Assembly: GCF_001194135.2 (NCBI RefSeq)
Contig: NC_068982.1
Location: 102,431,241 to 102,471,968 of the forward strand
DNA length: 40,728 bases
Direction of reading: 5' to 3'
Origin: Octopus bimaculoides
Taxonomy: Eukaryota
This document shows, one piece after another, positions 1 through 11,738 of this stretch. How positions within the stretch are numbered: position 1 is the stretch's first letter; each line of letters opens with the position of its first letter. The notes below the pieces were generated by a model. It saw only the letters and a list, made by a program, of their open reading frames with translations. It did no database searches and was not told the DNA's origin. The position numbers and the translations under genes were made by a program.

Positions 1-47
<47 letters not shown>
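1..47. repeat. (TAT)n microsatellite; acts as the 3' TAA tail/target of the adjacent LINE fragment
   Basis: Pure TAT repeat read directly. Confidence 0.98.
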
Positions 48-49
<2 letters not shown>

Positions 50-267
50 TAGTTTTATTTTTAGAACGTGCTTTTACTTCACTACCGAGCGCAGCTCTGT
101 GTGCCTTGGGTATGTGCTGTGGTTTGCTGTGATGCTCTTATGGTTACTGTATTGAAAGTGTTTTGCGTAGGATGTGTGCAGTGCCCAAGTAGTGCAATTT
201 TCTGTATGTTATATATATTTGTAAGTCCTGCTGTTTTTTGTTATGTATTTGTCTGAATATATTTTTA

Positions 268-269
<2 letters not shown>
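48..269 (-). mobile_element. 5'-truncated 3' end of an R4/Dong-like (REL-endonuclease) non-LTR retrotransposon
   Basis: Minus strand, with two frameshifts, reads KYSDKYITK..GLTNIYNIQKIALLGTAHILRKTLSIQ*, matching the C-terminal 'QK.ALLGTA.ILRK' motif I recognise from R4/Dong-type ORFs. Short 3'UTR ends in (TAA)n, and TAA repeats lie on both sides. Confidence 0.75.
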
Positions 270-331
<62 letters not shown>

Positions 332-435
332 CATTATTATTATTGCTTTTGTTGTTGCTGCTCCTGTTGTTGTTGCCGTTGTTGTTGTTGTTATTGCTGT
401 CGTCGTCGTCGCCGTCGTAGTATTTGTTGTAGTAG
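270..435. repeat. compound (TTA)n + (GTT/GTC)n microsatellite
   Basis: Read directly; explains the poly-I/L/V/T ORFs at 209-508. Confidence 0.97.
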
Positions 436-1132
436 TGAGACGTATTTCCTGTAGCTCTCCAATTTCGTGTATTTTTACCAAATGAACATTTTTAACGCGG
501 AATCTCAAAATTGAAAGACCGAGATTTTAATCATTTGCATTAATTTTTTTTATCTCGTTGTAGGAAACGTAATTTTTTGCGAAGTGAGCAAAGTTTTCTT
601 TCCTACGCCTCGTAAACAAAGTGATTATATCGTCTAACACCATCCCCGTGAAAAAAAATTAGACAAAAATATATACTTTCCACATACAGTAAACCGCAAA
701 AACAATCAATTCTGCAGCACAATACATTTATTTCATAACACGAAAATTTCAGACAGAAAATAACATCTTATGAACCATTTCCAAAAAAAAAAAACGAGTA
801 AAGATAACAAAAACATACAACGAATACTTAGAGAGTTTGAACTGAAAAACTGGGAAATTGTTGATGGCCTTAATTCGTTCGCTATACTTAACTCAAACAA
901 ATGAGTTTTCTGGCGGGAAGAGTACAGTGGCAGAGCGGTGCAACAAGGGTAAGTGCATCTGTACCCAATCGAACGAAGAACATTTCGTCAGATCCATGCT
1001 CAGTATTTACAAAGTTGGTGATTATGAAGCCGTACTGTATGAAGTGCAAGATTTAGAACCGATTCACAAAAGAGAGGCAAACGATAGATTATTGATAGAC
1101 CACAATAATAATTTATCAAATGCAAAACAGCA

Positions 1133-1229
1133 ATGAATAGAGGATATTGGATGCATTTTACTATGCTCAACGCAAACATTCTTTCCAGACACATTTGGAT
1201 GCACTCACTTTCAAAAGAATGGGTGACAG
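1133..1229 (+). CDS. candidate coding exon 1 (MNRGYWMHFTMLNANILSRHIWMHSLSKEWVT), unknown product
   Basis: ATG at 1133, open to donor CAG|GTGAGT at 1230; phase 1 joins the open frame of 1643-1763. No family recognised. Confidence 0.3.
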
Positions 1230-1642
1230 GTGAGTAGATTTATGGGCGCTCTGACCATATATAGATGTCAGATACTCATCGGTGTGCGAGTGGGCTACCA
1301 TCTCTGGTCTTCTTGGGGTTTTTTTCTCTAAGATATCGTGTAATTCTTAGATAATTAAAAGCCATTAAATCTTAAATAATAACATTCCACCTCGAAAGGA
1401 ATGCGTTCTACCATGTATTCCTAGAAAAAGTTTATTTGAATAAAATACAGAATCGTCAGGGCTGCATCGTTTTTGATCGCATGTTTGTTCCATCAGAACT
1501 GATATAGGATTTAAACAACAATAAAAACAAAACATTCCATTGTGAGGCAGGAACATGATAGCAGTTGAATTTCTTGATAGAAATCTGTAAAAATCCCAGG
1601 AATAATGTTACGTGAAACACTAATCTTTGCATTTCTGATCAG

Positions 1643-1763
1643 CCTACCAATGGAAAACAATATGCAGATCTTTAAATTTGTTACTTGTGGGGATGGATTA
1701 TGGAAAATCTGTTTCTAGTCCTGGCTTTACTCCATGTTATTTTATTCATTTCACTGAATTAAG
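1643..1763 (+). CDS. candidate coding exon 2 (AYQWKTICRSLNLLLVGMDYGKSVSSPGFTPCYFIHFTELR)
   Basis: Acceptor tttgcatttctgatcag, donor AAG|GTATGG; only one of three frames is open and it is in phase with both neighbours. Confidence 0.35.
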
Positions 1764-1821
1764 GTATGGAAATCAAATAGAAGTTTTGTATAATACCCTG
1801 CTAGATAATTTTTTCTTTCAG

Positions 1822-1904
1822 AGTTTGGAATCAAATGAAAATATTTCGGTTTGTTAAAAATATTTTCAGACGGATGAAGTTTTCTAATCATTCTGCTTCT
1901 TCAA
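1822..1904 (+). CDS. candidate coding exon 3 (VWNQMKIFRFVKNIFRRMKFSNHSASS)
   Basis: Strong acceptor ttttttctttcag after a 58-nt intron; frame open; donor A|GTAAAT (1905) or TTG|GTAGAT (1943). Confidence 0.35.
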
Positions 1905-2145
1905 GTAAATGCACTAGGATTCTCTGTCCCCCATTAACTTTGGTAGATGATCAATTTCGTATTGGATGTATTTATTTATTTGATATATATANNNNNNNNN
2001 NNNNNNNNNNNNNNNNNNNNNNNNNNNNNNNNNNNNNNNNNNNNNNNNNNNNNNNNNNNNNNNNNNNNNNNNNNNNNNNNNNNNNNNNNNNNNNNNATAT
2101 ATACATACATATATACATACATACATACATACATACATGCATATA

Positions 2146-3411
2146 CAGGGGTTAGACAGGACAAAATAAGGGTAACACCTAGCATCATAGCATCATAAGT
2201 TTGAAATATCTATAAAACCGTCAAATGCTTGTTTATTTTTATGTTTTTTTTTATTTATTATTAGTGCTGCTTAATATGTTTTGCTAAAATTGCTGTTTCA
2301 TTTCAGATATCATCAGTAAATGGGTAATTAAAATTCATTAAAATGACAGATCTATCAGACTTTCAGAGAAGTCAAAATGTTGGCGCTCGTATGGCAGGCG
2401 CTAGCGTAAAGAAAACAGCCGAAATGTTTGGTCTATCAAGAACTACTGTCTCGAAAGTAATGACAGTCTTTGAGAAAGAGGGAAAAACCTCCTCGTCGAA
2501 ACAAAATGCTGGAAGAAGACCAAAGCTTTCAGATAGGGACCGTCGGACTCGTACGCAAATTGTTACAATGGATCACAAAAGTACAGCTCCAAAATTACTG
2601 CAGAGCTTAATTATAACCTTGAGAACCCAATTTCCACAAAAACTGTTCGCTGGGAGCTGCACAAAGCTGGATTTCACGCGAGGGCTGCAATCAGAAAACC
2701 ACTACTTTCAAAAACACACTTTGCAAAGCGTTCAGAGTGGAGTAAAAACCTTCAGAACTGATCCCTAGAGCAGTGGAAGAATGTTATTTTCTCGGACGAG
2801 TCATCCTTTACCTTAATTCCGACCACCAGCCGAGCATACGTGTGGAGACAGCCAAAAGAAGCATTTGACCCAGACTGCCTCCTTCCAACTGTTAAACATG
2901 GAGGAGGATCTGTGATGATATGGCGGGACTATATCTTGGAAATTTGCCGGCTCAATGATTTCCCTTCGTGGCAGAATTAATAGTCAAGACTTTTTGAGTG
3001 TTTCATCTGATCAAATTCATCCTATGGTTGCGGAACTGTTTCCGGAGGGGAACGCAATCTTTCAGCATGATAATGCACCAATTTACACAGCTAAAGTTGT
3101 CACTGAATGGCACGAGGAACATTCTAGTGAAGTTGAACATCTTATCTAGTCACCACAGTCACCCGATCTCAATATTATTGAAAATGTATGGTGCATTTTA
3201 GAAAAACAAGTTAGGAGTCTGTATTGTCCACCATCATCACTACTAGAACTAGAGACTGTTTTAGCTGAAGAATGGACAAAAATTCCTCTGGAAACAATTT
3301 AAACTTTGTACGAGTCCATACCTCGTAGAATTCAAGTTGTAATTACTGCCAAAGGCGGTCCTACCCCATATTAAAATTAATTTGTTTGGAATTTTAAAGC
3401 GTTTCCATTAT
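2146..3411 (+). mobile_element. Tc1/mariner-superfamily DNA transposon, DD36E (Incomer-like), near full length, decayed
   Basis: TA|CAGGGGTTAGACAGGACAAAATAAGGGTAACACC left TIR; partial right TIR GTTTCCATTAT (3401-3411) running into a (GT)n tract; transposase inside. Confidence 0.92.
2343..3374 (+). pseudogene. Tc1-type transposase pseudogene (paired-like HTH + DD36E)
   Basis: MTDLSDFQRSQNVGARMAGAS..GRRPKLS; FSDES (D at 2795), QHDNAP (D at 3069), SPDLNIIE (E at 3180); ends AKGGPTPY*. Frameshifts near 2591 and 2925; in-frame stops near 2758, 3147 and 3299. Confidence 0.93.
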
Positions 3412-3413
3412 AT

Positions 3414-3455
<42 letters not shown>

Positions 3456-3785
3456 CTCTGTGTGTCTNNNNNNNNNNNNNNNNNNNNNNNNNNNNNNNNN
3501 NNNNNNNNNNNNNNNNNNNNNNNNNNNNNNNNNNNNNNNNNNNNNNNNNNNNNNNNNNNNNNNNNNNNNNNNNNNNNNNNNNNNNNNNNNNNNNNNNNNN
3601 NNNNNNNNNNNNNNNNNNNNNNNNNNNNNNNNNNNNNNNNNNNNNNNNNNNNNNNNNNNNNNNNNNNNNNNNNNNNNNNNNNNNNNNNNNNNNNNNNNNN
3701 NNNNNNNNNNNNNNNNNNNNNNNNNNNNNNNNNNNNNNNNNNNNNNNNNNNNNNNNNNNNNNNNNNNNNNNNNNNNNNNNNNNNN

Positions 3786-3826
<41 letters not shown>

Positions 3827-3842
3827 ACTCATTAGAGAATAT

Positions 3843-4280
3843 AAATGATGGTGTCCCAAAATGCTAGCGGCCACCCCATCAGCTCACTAGCCCAATCCTT
3901 CTTCCACTTGATATTGGCTAGTTTTAGAAGTGGCTTGCTTCTTGCTGTTCTGCCATAGTAGCTACGTTTGTGGAGATACCTGACAGCTGTTCTGGGACTG
4001 ACATCAACACGTTCTGCTATATCAGAGGCCTTGCAATGAGGATTATCATCCACACTTCACTTGACAAAGGAAAGGGTCATCTGAGACGGCCCTGGTCAAC
4101 CTGGACAATGTAATGTAGATTCGTTCCCCTCTCTGGCGAATTGCACAATTACCCTATTAACTATAGAAAGCAGGATCCCATGGTTTTCTGCGATTTTACG
4201 CTAAGTCCACCTTGAGATTGATCCACAATATGGCTTCTTTGAAATTTAGACAATTACAAGGCTTCTTTTGTGCGAGGCAT
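3843..4280 (-). pseudogene. second Tc1-type transposase relic, N-terminal half
   Basis: MPRTKEAL*LSKFQRSHIV..RKIAENHGI..VSPRTAVRYLHKRSYYGRTARSKPLL..WDTII (HTH + GR.ARRKPLL + 'W..IIFSD' region); cut off by (TA)n and a gap. Confidence 0.85.
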
Positions 4281-4404
4281 GATTAAACAGTCACATATAG
4301 AACGTGAAACATAAAACTTACCATTAATTAAAATATAAACATTTTCAAGTTAAAATAAATATAAAATAATGTCTTATGGAGCGTCTATTTACTTATGTCA
4401 TGTA

Positions 4405-4603
4405 TATTCTTTTATTCGTTTAAGTCATTTTGACTGCGGCCATGCTGGAGTACCGCCTTTAGTCGAGCAAATCGACCCCAAGACTTATTCTTTGTAAGCC
4501 TAGTACTTATTCTATCGGTCTCTTATGCCGAACCGCTAGATTACGTGCATGTAAACATACCAGCATCGATGTCAAGCGATTTTGGGGGGACACACACACA
4601 TAT

Positions 4604-4654
<51 letters not shown>
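4405..4654 (-). mobile_element. SINE family 1 (tRNA-derived, internal microsatellite), 3' half
   Basis: Reverse-complement match to the 3' half of the full copy at 16343-16791 (GACTGCGGCCATGCTGGAG..CGACCCCAAGACTTATTC). Confidence 0.9.
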
Positions 4655-5689
4655 NNNNNNNNNNNNNNNNNNNNNNNNNNNNNNNNNNNNNNNNNNNNNN
4701 NNNNNNNNNNNNNNNNNNNNNNNNNNNNNNNNNNNNNNNNNNNNNNNNNNNNNNNNNNNNNNNNNNNNNNNNNNNNNNNNNNNNNNNNNNNNNNNNNNNN
4801 NNNNNNNNNNNNNNNNNNNNNNNNNNNNNNNNNNNNNNNNNNNNNNNNNNNNNNNNNNNNNNNNNNNNNNNNNNNNNNNNNNNNNNNNNNNNNNNNNNNN
4901 NNNNNNNNNNNNNNNNNNNNNNNNNNNNNNNNNNNNNNNNNNNNNNNNNNNNNNNNNNNNNNNNNNNNNNNNNNNNNNNNNNNNNNNNNNNNNNNNNNNN
5001 NNNNNNNNNNNNNNNNNNNNNNNNNNNNNNNNNNNNNNNNNNNNNNNNNNNNNNNNNNNNNNNNNNNNNNNNNNNNNNNNNNNNNNNNNNNNNNNNNNNN
5101 NNNNNNNNNNNNNNNNNNNNNNNNNNNNNNNNNNNNNNNNNNNNNNNNNNNNNNNNNNNNNNNNNNNNNNNNNNNNNNNNNNNNNNNNNNNNNNNNNNNN
5201 NNNNNNNNNNNNNNNNNNNNNNNNNNNNNNNNNNNNNNNNNNNNNNNNNNNNNNNNNNNNNNNNNNNNNNNNNNNNNNNNNNNNNNNNNNNNNNNNNNNN
5301 NNNNNNNNNNNNNNNNNNNNNNNNNNNNNNNNNNNNNNNNNNNNNNNNNNNNNNNNNNNNNNNNNNNNNNNNNNNNNNNNNNNNNNNNNNNNNNNNNNNN
5401 NNNNNNNNNNNNNNNNNNNNNNNTATGTATATATATATATACATACATATATACACACACACAGGTTTCCGTTTGGTGAGTTCTTTTTATTTAATCCTGA
5501 AAATGTGTGTGCGTGTGTGTGTGTGCCGCTTATCTATTACTAGTTTCAGTTATTGAAGTGCGAACATATTGGTCAACGTTTGAAGAGTTTTGGTGGAGAA
5601 AATCCACCCAAGTGCTTGTTTTTTTTTTTTCATCTCTGGAATTTTTCTATCCGGTTTTGGCATACTACCAAGTTACAGAAACTTAAATT

Positions 5690-5835
5690 AGCTGACACCA
5701 GTTGTCAAGAAGTGGGTTAAGAAGAAGCATATGTAGAGAGTCGTACATATGTACATACATCCATACGATAGGTTTCCACGCAGCCTTCGTGTACCACATT
5801 CGCTCACAAGACAGTGGTCGTCCCGGGGCCTGATC
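5690..5835 (-). mobile_element. diverged SINE family 1 fragment
   Basis: CCAGTTGTCAAG..ACGATAGGTTTCCACGCAG..CTCACAAG resembles the family 1 middle. Confidence 0.5.
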
Positions 5836-5934
5836 AGACTTTTGGATGTTGCTATCCATCCCTGGTCACAACACGCCTCGCATTCTTTTAGCCTTCGAAT
5901 AATGCCATCTCGCTGGCTAAGCGGGAAGGCAAAC

Positions 5935-6110
5935 ATTCCCCCTGACTGGGAGCCTATTCCGTTTCAGGATTACACTTTAGAGTTAAGCGGACTAAAACAA
6001 CGTGAAATGAAGTGTTCTGCTCAAGAACACAACACCCCACCCGATCGGGAATCGAGCCCATTTTCTAGAAATCGTGAGTGCTACACACTAACCACATTAC
6101 CATGCTCTCA
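5935..6110 (-). mobile_element. SINE family 2 (tRNA head) fragment
   Basis: CAACGTGAAATGAAGTGTTCTGCTCAAGAACACAAC..GGGAATCGA (B box on minus); shared with 16147-16283 and 40067-40248. Confidence 0.75.
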
Positions 6111-6759
6111 TATATATCTATATATATCTCTATAAATATATATACAAACATGCATGCACATGCACACGTAAACATACATTACATACATACACACGTATGT
6201 ATACATATGCGTATTTAAATTGATTTTACTTACTTGAAGTCAAGCTTAATTGCAGTTGTTGCTGTGAGTCGTTTGTTATGTGTAAGCAAATACGTGACTT
6301 GGCAGATATATGAATTCATTGAATTGAACAATACAAACACGCTCAGATATTGTAATCATTCAGTTGGCAGCACAGAATATGCTACGAAAAGGAGGAAGTT
6401 AACTACCCACTAATTTTTGACCATAACTAAAAATGTTTTAAACATATGGAATATGAATTGCTTTCCACACAAAGTTTAACTACTTGATTTGTCAAGTTTA
6501 TAATCGGTTTATGCCTGTCACCGATAGCACTTTAGTTGTTTGGTATAGAAATTCTCTCAAGGGTAATTTGACTAATTCTTCCATTTTCTTCTTTCTTTTT
6601 CTTAGAAAAATCTGTTCATATTCTTAACATTGAATAAAACCGAACTCAGATTTAATTTTTGATTTTATTCATATTTAGCGCTATTCCAAGCATTTTTTAT
6701 TTTATTATTATTTTTTTATGTGTCGATTTTAAGTTTCATGTTTCAATGTTCCATTTAGA

Positions 6760-6915
6760 ATTGACTTCTTAACTTCAAGTTGACGATCGTCTGAAACCAA
6801 AGATGAGATTATCCTTTTGCTATCTATGTGCAAAGGCACGAGAACCCATTTCTGAATTTCTTGAAATTATCTCCCCCTTTTGAAAATCACTAACAGTTAT
6901 TACAGGGTTTCATTT
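6760..6915 (-). pseudogene. possible highly decayed Tc1 transposase N-terminus
   Basis: Minus frame VSDFQKGEIISRNSEMGSRAFAHR* resembles the Tc1 'LSDFEKGQI' HTH start; no DDE region seen. Confidence 0.3.
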
Positions 6916-7170
6916 CATTTTGCTGTCTAAGAAATTTCGATGAATTAAGAATTCACTTCACGCGGCAATCAGTATAACATTTTTGTGAATCATATCAATT
7001 ATTACATTTTAACTTGATTAACAACCTACCGCTATCTAATGCACAAATCTATACATAATATGTAATTGTTGAGTATATAAACAGATTCGTTACTGGTTTC
7101 TCTGGGATTGGTGTAAATTCATGTAGATGCCTCTGACGAGAAACCAATAACATTAGAAGATGGATTAAGG

Positions 7171-7487
7171 TTACTCTTTTACTTGTTTCAGTCATTTGAC
7201 TGCGGCCATGCTGGAGCACCGCCTTTTAGTTGAGCAAATCGACCCCAGGACTTATTCCTTGGAAGCCTAGTACTTATTCTATCGATCTCTTTTGCCGAAC
7301 CGCTAAGTTACGGGGACGTAAACACACCAGCATCGGTTGTCAAGTGATGTTGGGGGAACAAACACAGACACAAACATACACACACACATACATATATATA
7401 TATACATATTTACGACGGGTTCTTTCAGTTTCCGTCTACCAAATCCACTCACAAGGCTTTGGTCTGCCCGAGGTTATAGTAGAAGAC
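7171..7487 (-). mobile_element. SINE family 1, head lost in gap
   Basis: High-identity reverse complement of 16430-16791. Confidence 0.95.
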
Positions 7488-8804
7488 NNNNNNNNNNNNN
7501 NNNNNNNNNNNNNNNNNNNNNNNNNNNNNNNNNNNNNNNNNNNNNNNNNNNNNNNNNNNNNNNNNNNNNNNNNNNNNNNNNNNNNNNNNNNNNNNNNNNN
7601 NNNNNNNNNNNNNNNNNNNNNNNNNNNNNNNNNNNNNNNNNNNNNNNNNNNNNNNNNNNNNNNNNNNNNNNNNNNNNNNNNNNNNNNNNNNNNNNNNNNN
7701 NNNNNNNNNNNNNNNNNNNNNNNNNNNNNNNNNNNNNNNNNNNNNNNNNNNNNNNNNNNNNNNNNNNNNNNNNNNNNNNNNNNNNNNNNNNNNNNNNNNN
7801 NNNNNNNNNNNNNNNNNNNNNNNNNNNNNNNNNNNNNNNNNNNNNNNNNNNNNNNNNNNNNNNNNNNNNNNNNNNNNNNNNNNNNNNNNNNNNNNNNNNN
7901 NNNNNNNNNNNNNNNNNNNNNNNNNNNNNNNNNNNNNNNNNNNNNNNNNNNNNNNNNNNNNNNNNNNNNNNNNNNNNNNNNNNNNNNNNNNNNNNNNNNN
8001 NNNNNNNNNNNNNNNNNNNNNNNNNNNNNNNNNNNNNNNNNNNNNNNNNNNNNNNNNNNNNNNNNNNNNNNNNNNNNNNNNNNNNNNNNNNNNNNNNNNN
8101 NNNNNNNNNNNNNNNNNNNNNNNNNNNNNNNNNNNNNNNNNNNNNNNNNNNNNNNNNNNNNNNNNNNNNNNNNNNNNNNNNNNNNNNNNNNNNNNNNNNN
8201 NNNNNNNNNNNNNNNNNNNNNNNNNNNNNNNNNNNNNNNNNNNNNNNNNNNNNNNNNNNNNNNNNNNNNNNNNNNNNNNNNNNNNNNNNNNNNNNNNNNN
8301 NNNNNNNNNNNNNNNNNATATATATATTTATATATATATATATTTATATATATATAGGGAAAATTTAGATTCAGTAGCATATACAATACCACTTGCTGAA
8401 ATCAGAGTCAAGGCTCCAAAACCACCAAAAACTCACAATAAAGACACACACGTGCAATGCAATGAACATATCAGAAACAGGCTTACTTTGCGTTGAATAC
8501 ATCAGTAAGTAATGTATATTTCAATACCAACTGTATGACCAACATAATCTGGGATATTCGGTTGAAAATAACATTTTAACATCTATTTCTAAAATATTCA
8601 CTACATTAACTCGTCTGCGTTCCTTACTTTAAATGTATGAGCGTATATAATAAAGGTAAATATTTCTAATTTACTCTTGAGCGTGTTTTCATCGTAGAAC
8701 AAAATACCACTTTTTCTCAATAAATTATAACCTGACTTATAGGTACTTAACGGCCCTCTATGTCAATGGCTTATCGCTCTCCTACAATGATACTATACAA
8801 CCTT

Positions 8805-8970
8805 GAATTTTAAGTCGAATGAATCGACCCCAGTAATTATTTTTGTAAGCCTGGTACTTTTCCCGACCGCTAGTTACGGGGATGCATACAGACCAACACC
8901 GGTTGTCAAGCGGTGGTGGGGACCAAGCACAGACATAGATATACATGCATATATATATATNNNNNNNNNN

Positions 8971-9002
<32 letters not shown>

Positions 9003-9154
9003 CACGACGGGCTTCTTTCAATCTGCGTCAACCAAATCCACTCATAAGGATTTGGCCCGAGGCTATAGTAGAAAAAACTTGCCTAAGATGCCACGTAGCA
9101 GGACTGAACCCGGAACGATGTAGTTAGGAAGCAAGCTTCTTACCACACAGCCAC
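8805..9154 (-). mobile_element. SINE family 1, diverged, near complete
   Basis: CGACCCCAGTA..GGTTGTCAAGCGGTGG..microsatellite..CCAAATCCACTC..GGACTGAACCCGGAAC..TTACCACACAGCC. Confidence 0.9.
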
Positions 9155-9287
9155 ACATACATACATACGTACATACATACATACAGACAGACAGACAGAT
9201 AGACAGACAGACAGACAGACAGACATTCATACATACATACACACACACACATACATACATACATACATACATACATACATACATACA
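9155..9287. repeat. (ATAC)n/(ACAG)n tetranucleotide tract
   Basis: Read directly. Confidence 0.95.
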
Positions 9288-10085
9288 TTGAAGTGTTTAG
9301 GAGAACTAGTTTTGTCTCCCGACTGAAGCTAATGCACTAGTCTAATACCGCTAAGTTTAACTTCACGACAGACGTTTCTACTCAGATAAATAACTCAAGC
9401 TGCATGTATTTGTAAGAAAATATTTACTTTATCAGTCATCGATGTGGGTGGTGAGGATTTAAGTAGCGGGTATAAGGTGTAACAGTCCGAAACAGCAACT
9501 ATATTTAATAACATTATGAGAATTTATTAGTCTCCCTCTAGCCAAACGATAGTGTGTCACACTTAAGGTGACGTTATTCATACAAGTCTACAACTCCATC
9601 TAACAATAGATTCCTGTTAGACAGATATGACATGATTCCTTGCATGAAAACTATAATTCATTCAGAAAAAAAAAAGCATAAATATTGTAGAATTATAATG
9701 GTATAGAAACTATCAGAGATATGGTACCGAATCTATCAGCATTGTTTTGTGTAAACAAAAAAAAACATGGTAAAAACACAGGACGAACTACATATCAAAT
9801 ATGAAACCTAGATTCCTAAGTTTTCTATAAAAGATCATCTTTCTTCTAAAATTTATATCATGTTTTATTTTACTTCAGAGTTACAGCAAAGATTTGTGTG
9901 TACTTTAGTTTATTTGCGTTTTTTCTTTATTTTATTTTTTTTTTTTTTTTTTTGAAAGCATTGACAACTATTTTTGTTCAGCATGGATAAACATATAGGC
10001 TAGGCAAGCTAAATCATTGTTCTTCAGACTGAACTGATTCCATTGAAATAAACATTGAAACTTTTGCTTTATTTCCTCCTCTCAG

Positions 10086-10298
10086 CTCGATGACAAATTG
10101 CACAGTTCCATTATCAGAAAAACACCAACAAATGTCATTTCCGCCGCTACTATACTAATTATCATAATAATTGGTATTTATTGTCTTTTTCTGCCCCTTT
10201 CAATTGAACTCAGAGCTGCTAATTTTTACTATTATGCTTTTAGTTCCAATACTCCCATGTTTATGAAATATCATAGCGACGTAACAGTGAAGAGATGA
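10086..10298 (+). CDS. candidate terminal coding exon with one TM helix (LDDKLHSSIIRKTPTNVISAATILIIIIIGIYCLFLPLSIELR..VKR*)
   Basis: Long polypyrimidine acceptor cttttgctttatttcctcctctcag; phase-0 open frame of 70 codons; TGA TGA, then AATAAA at 10301. Confidence 0.4.
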   Translation, partial: LDDKLHSSIIRKTPTNVISAATILIIIIIGIYCLFLPLSIELRAANFYYYAFSSNTPMFMKYHSDVTVKR

Positions 10299-10699
10299 TG
10301 AATAAAAACAGACAGAAACAAAGCATTTTATGTTAACATTTCCATCTATGGCAGTTATAACAACATATAGCACTTATCAGAAGATGAATGCGCTTTTAGT
10401 GGAACACCGACATATCATTTCAACAACGTACGTTAACAAAAGATCCTCTACACTCATATTTTTTCAATAACGTCTATCGCTTATAATGCATTAATAAAAT
10501 CACTCTTCGAAAGCAAACCAACGATTTTAGATTTACAATTTAGGCTGATGTAGGGAATATCTTAATGAAGAAATACTCGCAAGATTTGGCTGAAGCTACA
10601 TCTAGCAAGCTCAAGTTATATTGGTTGTCGACAATAAACGTTGTTGTTGACACAATCCCTTTTGAAATTCCACTAAAGTATGTAAAATTTATCTCTGAA

Positions 10700-10702
<3 letters not shown>

Positions 10703-10746
<44 letters not shown>

Positions 10747-10923
10747 TATACATATGTAAATACAGATATATATATATACATATATATATATACATATATA
10801 TATATATATTTACACAGACACACACATACATACATATATACATACACGTTAAATATGTAAACGCAATCGTGAGGAAAATATTATATATGTATGCGTGTAT
10901 GTATATATATATAGATAGATAGA

Positions 10924-11006
<83 letters not shown>
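10703..11006. repeat. (CA)n, (TA)n and (AGAT)n compound microsatellite
   Basis: Read directly. Confidence 0.95.
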
Positions 11007-11007
<1 letters not shown>

Positions 11008-11270
11008 GCGCACAATTAAAAATTAGTATTTTAAGATACATGAAATAGAGAACGCGTCTTTAATATAGAACTCAATGCATGCGCAGTATCTAAGATATTT
11101 ATATATAACGGTCTTCACTCTTGCAAATTTCGCAATTATCATGCACATGCAGTGCCTCTGTATATGTTTCAAGGTCATACAGATGTATATATACTTGATT
11201 GAGTATGCATTGCATATGTGCCTCTGTGTGTGTGTGTTTGTGTGTATGTATTTGTGGGTGTGTGTGTGTG

Positions 11271-11301
<31 letters not shown>

Positions 11302-11521
11302 GTCTGTGCGTGTGTGCATATAGGTATGTATATAAAATAATTAAGGTAGCTAGACGCAATTCAAAACCAAAGAGGAAATAATTCACCGTCAGTAAATAGT
11401 GACCAAGTGTGCAGAGAGCACCAGCATTGTTGGAAATGAGAGTCAAACAACTCTTTAGCCACAGAAAGCACATATTTTATTTACTGACAGGGGAGACAAC
11501 CACCCTACCGCAATTGAGAGC

Positions 11522-11573
11522 CATTAGACTGGCATGCCAATCTCGCATGTAATTTAATGCTGATCAGTAATGC
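11522..11573 (-). ncRNA. type I hammerhead ribozyme-like motif, family A, core mutated
   Basis: GCATTA CTGATCA GCAT-taaattac-ATGC GAGA TTGG-catg-CCAG T C TAATG: stems I, II and III pair, GUC site; G8C and A13G core changes. Confidence 0.65.
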
Positions 11574-11685
11574 TAGTCCATCGTGGGTATTGAACTTAAA
11601 TTCTACCCCGTTAGTATATATATAGATTTTACCATAGGAATTAGTGACGGGGTAGAATTTAACTTCACCAGCAATTATTGAGTAA

Positions 11686-11738
11686 GCATTATTGATGAGC
11701 ATTAAATTTCAAGCGAAATTGGCATACCAGTCTAATTC
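11686..11738 (+). ncRNA. type I hammerhead ribozyme-like motif, family A
   Basis: GCATTA TTGATGA GCAT-taaatttc-AAGC GAAA TTGG-cata-CCAG T C TAATTC; C3U change, one mismatch each in stems I and II. Confidence 0.7.

Noticed and set aside
858-1136. 92-aa ORF with FSGGKST and an internal GTAAGT donor
   Set aside because: Walker A lacks the leading Gly, no acceptor or ATG, no recognisable family
7088-7151. GTTACTGGTTTCTC..CTGACGAGAAACCAATAAC short inverted repeat with CUGACGA
   Set aside because: No stem II between the core halves; a 14-bp imperfect IR is expected by chance
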